From Thermoplasmatota archaeon (GTDB taxonomy: Archaea > Thermoplasmatota > JAKEGO01), in NCBI GenBank assembly GCA_028279595.1, contig JANQNK010000020.1, positions 128,001-192,000 of the forward strand: a stretch of 64,000 bases of DNA. The letters are read 5' to 3'. Numbering within the stretch: the stretch's first letter is position 1; every line of letters begins with the position of its first letter. The translations under genes were made by a program, and so were the position numbers. Positions 57,101 to 64,000 of this stretch are shown piece after piece. The notes beneath the pieces are model-generated. The model was not told the origin of the DNA and ran no database searches. It saw nothing but the letters and a program-made list of their open reading frames with translations.

Positions 57101-60100
57101 GTACGAAAGAAATTCGATAGGCCAGATCACGAACCTGATCATGCCGGACGGATCGTCGACCAACTTCACGTACGATGCGAACGGGAACCTGCTCAGGGTG
57201 GACGACCCCCAGGGCGGATACTCGATCTTTTCGGTCGACGAGCTGGACCGGCTCGTCTCCACGACGGATGCTAACGGAGGGATCGTCACCTACACCTACG
57301 ATCGGGGAACCCCTCTCGTGACCGTCCGCACCGACGCGATGAACCGGAGCACGACGTTCGGATATGACGTTCGAGGACTCGTCTCGACGATAGATGAGCC
57401 ATCTGGCAACAGGACGAACTACGGTTACGATGCTGCCGGACATCTCGTCCAGCGGGAGGACGGGGAAGGCCGTGTGACGAACTACACCTACGATCTCAAC
57501 GACAGGTGTTCAGCGATCGACTACGACGACGGCTCTGGCGTTCGGTTCACCTACGATTCGATGGGCCGCACCCTGCGGACCAAACACATCGGGGGTCAGG
57601 GTGAGTCCGTCTTCCAGAATTACGATGCCGCGGGCAGGAGGACCTGGCTGGGCATCAACTATCAGAACTTCTCGAAATACTTCATGTTCGGCTACGATCT
57701 CTCCGGTCGTCTGATATCGATGGACGATTCCGAAGGTGGAACGACGACGTACGACCATACCGCGAACGGAAGGCTCGATCAGCTGACCGCTCCGTCGGGA
57801 GGAACATATCAGTTCTCTTACGATGCTGGCGGCAGGCGTACGCGTGTGGATGGCCCGGGCGGAATATCCACATTCTACTCCTATGACGTCATGGGCCGGA
57901 CGATCAACATAACCGCCGAGTGGACGAACGGAACTCCGATCGTACGGCGACTGATGGGATACGATCTCGTGGGGAACGTGCTCAATGTGACGGACGAGAA
58001 CGACGACGTCACGGAGTACGAGTACGACGCGGTGTATCGCGTGGTGAACGCGACCTATCCGGACTCCTCATGGGAAGCCTTCACCTACAACCTCGCAGGT
58101 GACCGGGTCACCAGGTCCCAGGACGGGTGGATCACAAATTACTCTTACGACTCAGGTGGGCGTCTCGTGTCTACCGGGATCGCCTCGTATCGATACGACG
58201 GAGCCGGGAACCTCATCGAAAAGGAGGAAGGCTCGGACACGACGACGTATTATTACGACCACGAGAACCGGAAAGTGAACGTGACGATGCCGGACGGTCA
58301 CGATGTAGGATACAGTTGGTCCGGTACCGGAGCGCCCATACTCAGGACGGAGGGTACCGAATGGCTGTTCTTCTTCCCCGTTGGATACGACATATCGATG
58401 GTCTACGACGGCTCGGGTACCCCTTTGACCAGGAACGTCTACGGTACCCGAGTCGACGAACTCCTCGAGGCAGAGGACATCGGCAGTGACACTCATCGAC
58501 TTTACTCCGACAACATCGGCTCCATCGTCGCAGCGACGGGACCCTCTGGCACGGTCGTCGGACGTGTAACTTACAGCGCGTTCGGCAACTCGTCTGTGAC
58601 TGGCTCGATGCCGGTGTGGAACGGGTTCACTGGCCGTATACGCGACAACACGACGAACCTTACCCATCACAGGGCTCGTTGGTGCGACAACGATATTGGC
58701 CGGTTCACCACGGTCGATCCCATCACATCGTTCGATCCGATGGCCGTCGATCGGTACACCTACGCGGGCAACAATCCGACCACGTTCATCGATCCCCTCG
58801 GTCTCGACAGGACGCCCGCGCCGTCTACCCCGGTCGTCACGTGGACGACCACCAACGCCCAGGAGCGGAACGGCGTCACCTCCACGGAACCCTACGACCT
58901 GGAGATCGTCATCAAGATCGAGATGGACTTCTGGATAGACGAGACCACCCGGCGATCATGGCCGCACAACATAGACGGCAAATGGTACCAGTACATGTCC
59001 GATGTCAAGTACCGCGAGAAATGGCATCGGACGATCATCATATGGATCGGGATCACTGCGACGATCGAGAAGGACGAGGAGCTCATAGGCAGGGCGCAGG
59101 ACTCTCTCGATGATGCCAGGACGGCGGGAACCGTGGCGACATGGACCTCCGCCGGCGCCACTGCGGTCGGCTTCATTCCGGTCGTTGGCGATGTTCTGGG
59201 ATTGGTCGGTAGTGGAGCCAGTTTCGCTGCCGGGGCCGAATCGACCCAGAACTACGAGAACGCGATCGACGATCTGATGAACGCCCTCAATTCGGTCGGT
59301 GTCTCGCTTGATTTCGACATCATGTACTGGGTCAACGACCAACAGGTGAGCAGCACGTTCATTCAATCCGTACCCATCGCGGGCCAGATGATCTACGAGA
59401 TCCCGTCTGGTACACCAGGGACGGTCATCGGACCCTGGGGGCCTGTCAAGGTCACCGGACCGAGGCCGAAGCCCCCTGGAGGTCCGTATCCAGTTCCACA
59501 GCCACGTCCGACACCGACCCCGACACCGACACCCACACCTACGCCCACTCCAACACCGACGCCGACACCCACGCCGACCCCGACGCCCACACCGGGCCAA
59601 CTGCCTGTTCCGACACCTGAACGTCCAGTTCCCCTGCCAGGATTGCCCGGAGACCATTGGGGTCCGACGACTCCTGTGACACCGGACGGACCAGAGGCTG
59701 TGGACGACGAACCGGAAGAGGCCCCCTTCTATACGTACGAGGACGGAAAACCAGCGTTCGTTCAGGACAACACACCCTTCGAGAAGATCGCAGGCACCGA
59801 CGACGGTCGCGCCACGGATGGAGACCTCGAGGAGATCGACGAACTCCGTCATTCCTTCGATGACGAAATCGAGCCGGATACGCTTCGATATACTGCCTAC
59901 ACATCCGAGCCGACGACCAGGAACGACGGCGAGAGACCTGATAGGAGTCCTGTCGCCATCCCCGGCCTGAGCACCGGATTCGTCAATCTACCCGATTGGC
60001 TGGACGACAGGATCGTTCCGTTCGACGACTGGAAGATCGAGCCCGGACCGAACCACCCGATGACCGATGGTTCCCTCATATCACCGTTCACCGACAAGGT

Positions 60101-62054
60101 GGATTTCACGATCACGAATGACGGCGACCACGACGGACAGCATGATGTCTTCTGCAGGCTGGATCACTATGAAAAGGAGGACATATCGACCGTCGGTTTC
60201 GAGTCCGGAACACCCCTCTTTTGGTCGGTCCACAATCGTGGCACAAACACCAGCGGTGAGACGTGGGGCGAGAAGGCGAACGCCCGGACCGGCAACTACT
60301 CCTTCGGCGTCTCCGCAGGGGAGCCAGGCGAGTGGATGGAGGAGTGGCTCATCACGGATTACTACACGCTGATCGACTACGACGATCCACAGGCCGTCTT
60401 CTACTTCGATGCTGACAACGATACCTTCTCGAACTCGCTGTACGTGTTCGTATCCGATTCGGCAGGAGGACTCCCGGACGGATTCACCGGGGAACCGGAA
60501 CTCACCATCACACCGTCGGACTGGACGAGCCACACCGGGTTCGCCGAGCCAGTGAAGGTGGACCTGTCGGATTACAGCGATAGCGAGGACGTGCAACTCG
60601 CGTTAGTATGGGAGGGCGGTGAGTCCAAACCGGTCTTCATCGACGATTTTTCCATCGGCGGACTCACCTTCGTAGAGATCGAGACCCAGAGCGACGGTCC
60701 TTTCTACATCGACCCCGAGCCTGCGGAGGGAACACTGGCCAGCACAACGGCCGATGTAACCTTCGACATCGACCTCACCTCCGACGCTGGTGGCGGAAGC
60801 GGTGGAGGCGTATACCGCATCACTGCGTGGTTGAATGCGACCGGTTTTGACGACGACCCGTACAACGATGTCCACCAGGTCACGGTGACCGCCCTGAACA
60901 TCACGTCCCCGTACATCACGGTGGTCTCCACGGCCGGTATGGGAGAGGCCGATATCAGGATAGAATGGACACCTGCACCCTACGCCGACGCATACGAGGT
61001 CTACTTGACGTCCGACCCGGAGGTCTGGGACTTCTCCTTCCCGGTCGCCACTGTCAACACCACCTCCTTCGTGGACGTGGGGGTCAATGACGAGAAGCAC
61101 GGCAACTATGCCCAAATGCGGTATTACACCGTCCGAGGGATCAACGGGACGACTGATGTTCCCGGACAGAACTCGCAGGTCGCTGCGAAGCTGTCCAAGA
61201 CCTTCGGAGGCGGCGGGGGTTCCGGCGCGTACTGGCAGTCGTTCTCGATACCGTACGAGACCACCATGACCTTCACCGCGGACGACTACTGCGACTGGAT
61301 CCCCAACTGCCAGGGGATCAGCCGTTACCTCGTTCCTAACCAGACCTGGGAATACCATGCCACCGCGATGCCCAAGGGCGCCACTGACTGGACGATGGTC
61401 CCGGGAGAGGCGTACATGGCAGCCCTTTCAGCGGACTCGACCTTCACCTTCACGGGGATAAGCGCTGCCTGGACGAATCCTTCACACGAGGGTCTCGAGG
61501 CTCCTGGCAACTTCACAGTGACAGTGGACCAGAGCAATTCGAGCAGCGTCAACCTCTCATGGGACGACGTTCCTGGAGCAGCGTCCTACCGCATCTACAG
61601 GAGCGAGTCAAGGGGTCAGTTCGATATCGTGAAAGGGTGGATCAGGGAGTTCGACGATGACATCAATACGACGCGGAACCATTACACCGATCCATCCCTT
61701 CCGGACCTCCCCGAGATATTCTACATGATCGTCGCAGTCGACAGTGAAGGCAGGATCGGAGACACCACACCGGTCCGCGGAAGGTTCCGGATGGACCTGA
61801 CCGGTGCTGTGGGTGGCCTGTGGAACCCGATAGCACTCCCGGCAGTCCCGGCGACGAACCGAACCGCGGACTGGTACTGTGACGAGATGGACGACTGTGA
61901 CGGTATCTCACGATACCTCACCGCTTCCGACACGTGGGAGTTCCACGCCACCGGCATGCCGGAGGGAGCGACGGACTGGGACCTCGAGCCAGGGGTCGGC
62001 TACATGGCCGCGATCTCTGGCGGAGGTGGAATATACTGGTACTTCAATACTTAG
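54180..62054 (+). CDS. Secreted Rhs/YD-repeat protein (DUF6531-like plug, YD shell, Rhs core) with C-terminal cargo, PT linker and FN3/Cys-repeat tail
   Basis: Signal peptide; GDMINAANGN...RTYNS...FGHGW; dozens of YDxxGR repeats; RARW.D..IGRF..VDP...YAGNNP..FIDPLG; GAGGTGA site. Confidence 0.93.
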   Translation: MRHHWKFSALFVAALFFGQISFGMVSYMPVSTRSSGPVAVGDLTYHDGYPDLSNVTGTTGSEPSFYMIGDMINAANGNLFLQSTDIAVLGKAYTLEVVRTYNSYLRERDSPFGHGWTHNYGMALEVNSTRALLFEGDGSIHELARIGDDFTPPEAKHVNLTIEQDGSYRLRSLDGRVFAFNDTGVFMNETDRNGNMLTLTYTGSRLTSVMDDTGIDLTFDWTGDHITSVTESGLDRKVWYNYSDGNLTDWSDATGNTTLYGYSHDSTHTLTSVVNREDEIILFDYRVETGDDEGYMVNKVRKGVYNRTNTTAWNLFTAMTVGYSNGTTSYTRGGALISIELDEDGRWTNRTNPAGHVMTNSYTNGLLTSYENEMGDLWTYVYDDNGLLIEETDPMGNTTYNNWTVMHNDTLFLAVIVNTTDWRGSTTEYGYDGSWNMNRTTDARMNHTYWGLDADGFVTSVTPPGLGTSVFTRNSIGQVTNRTDPLDNSNLYEYDNANRLVNQTDPNGGSTLIEYDMLDRPVRTTDAMGNTTRFTYDAEGRMVKRVDVRGGVHTFDAASEDGPASVTDPDMGTTTVVYDQYGNVRSRTGPDNTTHRTEYDDLGNLVKVTDKLGNEERMRYDRIGRLIRYTDARGAVTRYQYDPLGRPVLITDALGGQTRFIYDAGGNILTLKDTLGRTTSTVYDELGRAVKITDDNGRSSRYNYTAYGRISRATDPLGGWVQYLYDDSGRLTRVRNALNHSVRYTYDGNDNVLTFTDPNGNDWEYVYDRLDRITEITDPLGNYTRYRYDAAGNTVLVRDTRGSRVHYTYDSMDRVISVRDPLDGYTNYTYNKAGFPVLVTDPMNLTTTHSYDDAGRRTSVTDPGGNTTHFRYNAVGDLRAITYSDSTSVRFWYDALGRMTRALDQVSALHTYTYDAMGRRTSETDPHGHSTTWTYDDANRTVIETDADANRTLTVRDPLGQVIEVRDSLGRSIEYERNSIGQITNLIMPDGSSTNFTYDANGNLLRVDDPQGGYSIFSVDELDRLVSTTDANGGIVTYTYDRGTPLVTVRTDAMNRSTTFGYDVRGLVSTIDEPSGNRTNYGYDAAGHLVQREDGEGRVTNYTYDLNDRCSAIDYDDGSGVRFTYDSMGRTLRTKHIGGQGESVFQNYDAAGRRTWLGINYQNFSKYFMFGYDLSGRLISMDDSEGGTTTYDHTANGRLDQLTAPSGGTYQFSYDAGGRRTRVDGPGGISTFYSYDVMGRTINITAEWTNGTPIVRRLMGYDLVGNVLNVTDENDDVTEYEYDAVYRVVNATYPDSSWEAFTYNLAGDRVTRSQDGWITNYSYDSGGRLVSTGIASYRYDGAGNLIEKEEGSDTTTYYYDHENRKVNVTMPDGHDVGYSWSGTGAPILRTEGTEWLFFFPVGYDISMVYDGSGTPLTRNVYGTRVDELLEAEDIGSDTHRLYSDNIGSIVAATGPSGTVVGRVTYSAFGNSSVTGSMPVWNGFTGRIRDNTTNLTHHRARWCDNDIGRFTTVDPITSFDPMAVDRYTYAGNNPTTFIDPLGLDRTPAPSTPVVTWTTTNAQERNGVTSTEPYDLEIVIKIEMDFWIDETTRRSWPHNIDGKWYQYMSDVKYREKWHRTIIIWIGITATIEKDEELIGRAQDSLDDARTAGTVATWTSAGATAVGFIPVVGDVLGLVGSGASFAAGAESTQNYENAIDDLMNALNSVGVSLDFDIMYWVNDQQVSSTFIQSVPIAGQMIYEIPSGTPGTVIGPWGPVKVTGPRPKPPGGPYPVPQPRPTPTPTPTPTPTPTPTPTPTPTPTPTPTPGQLPVPTPERPVPLPGLPGDHWGPTTPVTPDGPEAVDDEPEEAPFYTYEDGKPAFVQDNTPFEKIAGTDDGRATDGDLEEIDELRHSFDDEIEPDTLRYTAYTSEPTTRNDGERPDRSPVAIPGLSTGFVNLPDWLDDRIVPFDDWKIEPGPNHPMTDGSLISPFTDKVDFTITNDGDHDGQHDVFCRLDHYEKEDISTVGFESGTPLFWSVHNRGTNTSGETWGEKANARTGNYSFGVSAGEPGEWMEEWLITDYYTLIDYDDPQAVFYFDADNDTFSNSLYVFVSDSAGGLPDGFTGEPELTITPSDWTSHTGFAEPVKVDLSDYSDSEDVQLALVWEGGESKPVFIDDFSIGGLTFVEIETQSDGPFYIDPEPAEGTLASTTADVTFDIDLTSDAGGGSGGGVYRITAWLNATGFDDDPYNDVHQVTVTALNITSPYITVVSTAGMGEADIRIEWTPAPYADAYEVYLTSDPEVWDFSFPVATVNTTSFVDVGVNDEKHGNYAQMRYYTVRGINGTTDVPGQNSQVAAKLSKTFGGGGGSGAYWQSFSIPYETTMTFTADDYCDWIPNCQGISRYLVPNQTWEYHATAMPKGATDWTMVPGEAYMAALSADSTFTFTGISAAWTNPSHEGLEAPGNFTVTVDQSNSSSVNLSWDDVPGAASYRIYRSESRGQFDIVKGWIREFDDDINTTRNHYTDPSLPDLPEIFYMIVAVDSEGRIGDTTPVRGRFRMDLTGAVGGLWNPIALPAVPATNRTADWYCDEMDDCDGISRYLTASDTWEFHATGMPEGATDWDLEPGVGYMAAISGGGGIYWYFNT
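59508..59594 (+). repeat. (Pro-Thr)14-Pro coding repeat within Rhs
   Basis: CCN-ACN hexamers using all four Pro codons and all four Thr codons. Confidence 0.9.
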
Positions 62055-62067
62055 GAGGTGTGATGGC

Positions 62068-62610
62068 ATGGGAACAGAAATCAAGGTGAGGATGGCGCGG
62101 ACCGCATCGGTCCAGGCAGTGATATGCATCGTCGTTCTCCTTATCGTGGCGGGCGGAGGGAACGCAGCCATGAAGGCCGTGTGGGGCCAGGTCTACAAGT
62201 CGGACCACGACGCGGCCTCGGGATACAACGGTACCTGGGCAGCGATCGTGGTGAACCACAATGGGACGAACACCACCTACGAGGACCCGAACGGCCTCGA
62301 CGGATCGGGATACTACTCGGTGACGATACCGGACGGTGAATGGTCGGTCAACGACACGTTCAAGGTGAAGGTCGACGGGACACCGTGGAGCGACGCGAAT
62401 GGGTCTGCCCACAACGCCACTGGCGGGGGTTCTGGCCACAACTACACCGATAGGACGTTCATACTGGATGACGGCATCAGCCAGAGGCAGGACGTCGAGA
62501 CCCAGACCACGACCGAGATCCCGGAGTTCGCCGTTGGGCCGGTCGTTCTCATCGGTCTGCTGGCAGTGGTCACGTTCCTGAGGATCGACAGGCGAAGGCG
62601 CAGACATTGA
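62068..62610 (+). CDS. Small PEF-CTERM surface glycoprotein co-transcribed with Rhs
   Basis: GGAGGTG site 13 nt after the Rhs stop; signal peptide; VWGQVY...DGSGYYSV beta-sandwich; IPEF-TM-RRRRR. Confidence 0.88.
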   Translation: MGTEIKVRMARTASVQAVICIVVLLIVAGGGNAAMKAVWGQVYKSDHDAASGYNGTWAAIVVNHNGTNTTYEDPNGLDGSGYYSVTIPDGEWSVNDTFKVKVDGTPWSDANGSAHNATGGGSGHNYTDRTFILDDGISQRQDVETQTTTEIPEFAVGPVVLIGLLAVVTFLRIDRRRRRH

Positions 62611-62715
62611 GCGGAAAGTGTTGAGACCGGCGCGACAGATCAATACCCAGTGTAACATCTGTAATAGAAGGTTTATTAAGGCGAACGTTTCTTTCTGGGC
62701 ATTGGGGGTTCACAC

Positions 62716-64000
62716 GTGTTGAAAGTGAATAGACAACTGAGCGTATGTGTTCTGATGGCGGTAATGGCCCTCGCTGCATTCCTTATTGTGGCGATACCGC
62801 AGAATTCCAGCGGCGCCACCTATGTCGTCGATGACGACAATGGGACCTGGCGGCATTACTCCACGATCGGAGCAGCGATATCTGGCGTGAACAGCACCGA
62901 CACGATCGAGATCTATGCCGGTACCTATACCGAGGACCTGAGCATCTCCAAGGCTCTCACGTTCGTCGGGAACGGCTCCGGGACGGTCGTTGCAGGGGAC
63001 CATGACATATCCGTGGAGGACGTCTATTTCGATTCGATCAACTTCACCAACCCGACACCGAGCGACTACACGTTCGTTGTGGACGCTTCCAGCGGCAACC
63101 TCGACGGCCTTGGCTGGTCCAACTGCATCTTCGTCCTCGAGGGATATGCGGGCATCCATCTCGGCGGCGATGTCGGTTCATCGAACACCTTGATCAACGT
63201 CGCCATAACGGACTGCGAGTTCTGGGGACCGAGTTCGAAGGCCGCGAACCCCTTCAAGACGGGCGGCACGTTCGGCACCCCTGGTCTGGGCGTCGGCATA
63301 TCCACGATGAACTTCACCGGGAACTCCATCATCCGTGCTTCAATACCTATCCTGCTGGAGGATAACGATATCAGCGGCGTCTACTTCGACGACAACACGT
63401 TCACAGGCACTGACGGAGTTGTCTACTTCTGGGGGAACGACACGCCCTCCGGGGTCCTGACCGACTTCGAGTTCACGAACAACGAGGTGGACGACACGAA
63501 CTCCTACGGCGTCGGCATCGGCTATCCGAACGGCACCTTCACCTCAGCGAACCTCGGTACCGGCAACCTGGTGAACTACAACAACATCGACGTCGCCGGT
63601 GCATACGGCATGGGCGGTGTCAGCAACTTCATGGGTGGGTCCCTCGACGCCACCATGAACTGGTGGGGCGCCTCCGACGGTCCGAGCGGCTCCGGTCCTG
63701 GATCGGGCTCACCGATATCCCACGACGTGACCTTCAATCCCTTCTACGACGAGATGGTCGGCAACGTATCCAGCAGCCTCGTGATCGACATCGATGGGGA
63801 CGAGACCTTCGATGGCTTCGTCGGCGAGGTCGACGACCTCACCATCGACGACGGGTCCGACGTGACATTCATGAACTCCGTGGTCACGGTAGCGGGAGAC
63901 CTCGATGTCTCATCCGGGACCTTGACGTTGATCGACACGACGCTGTATGTTGGCGACGTGCTTGTCTCGTCCGGCGGGACATGGGTCGTGGGCGACAGCA
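62716..64000 (+). CDS. Secreted beta-helix surface protein (partial, runs off the window)
   Basis: Open frame absent from the ORF track: signal peptide, ATYVVDDDNGTWRHYSTIGAAI cap, DATMNWWGASDGP; TTTATTAAG promoter upstream; start GTG/TTG uncertain. Confidence 0.85.
   Translation, partial: MLKVNRQLSVCVLMAVMALAAFLIVAIPQNSSGATYVVDDDNGTWRHYSTIGAAISGVNSTDTIEIYAGTYTEDLSISKALTFVGNGSGTVVAGDHDISVEDVYFDSINFTNPTPSDYTFVVDASSGNLDGLGWSNCIFVLEGYAGIHLGGDVGSSNTLINVAITDCEFWGPSSKAANPFKTGGTFGTPGLGVGISTMNFTGNSIIRASIPILLEDNDISGVYFDDNTFTGTDGVVYFWGNDTPSGVLTDFEFTNNEVDDTNSYGVGIGYPNGTFTSANLGTGNLVNYNNIDVAGAYGMGGVSNFMGGSLDATMNWWGASDGPSGSGPGSGSPISHDVTFNPFYDEMVGNVSSSLVIDIDGDETFDGFVGEVDDLTIDDGSDVTFMNSVVTVAGDLDVSSGTLTLIDTTLYVGDVLVSSGGTWVVGDS

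Noticed and set aside
59508-59594. Hexamer repeat as CRISPR, VNTR or phase-variation tract
   Set aside because: In-frame coding repeat with degenerate third positions and no spacers.
1-64000. tRNA/rRNA genes, CRISPR arrays, transposases, integrases, defence systems
   Set aside because: No cloverleaf, repeat-spacer pattern or recognisable catalytic motifs found by eye; a tRNAscan/Infernal run would be needed to exclude them fully.

Overview
GC-rich (about 60% by eye), gene-dense archaeal chromosomal segment, most consistent with an uncultured Thermoplasmatota archaeon. Support: TATA-box promoters, GGTGA/GGAGG ribosome sites, a geranylgeranyl reductase, an HTH_10 regulator, PEF-CTERM/PGF-CTERM sorting signals and heavy N-x-S/T sequon use; the taxonomy is inference. 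About 55 CDS. I found no tRNA, rRNA, CRISPR array, transposase or integrase. Content: (i) sulfur and amino-acid/acyl metabolism (2 DsrE-like, 2 CysK, proline dehydrogenase, PrpE, acyl-CoA dehydrogenase, CoA-disulfide reductase/NADH oxidase); (ii) extracellular peptidases (S8, C25 gingipain-like, M28); (iii) many surface glycoproteins, including three tandem beta-helix PEF-CTERM paralogs and a protein built from an exact 75-aa repeat; (iv) several regulators with visible candidate operators. The standout is a 2624-aa Sec-exported archaeal Rhs/YD protein (54180-62054). After its DPLG autocleavage motif comes a roughly 230-aa sequon-free cargo with a hydrophobic hairpin, then a (PT)14 tether and about 820 aa of glycosylatable FN3/Cys-repeat surface domains. 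The immunity-gene slot is occupied by a co-transcribed PEF-CTERM surface protein. This is a candidate tethered archaeal Rhs delivery/adhesion system. A candidate stand-alone small RNA (about 34021-34100, minus strand) and unannotated small ORFs were also noted. All calls are by-eye motif recognition; no database searches were run.
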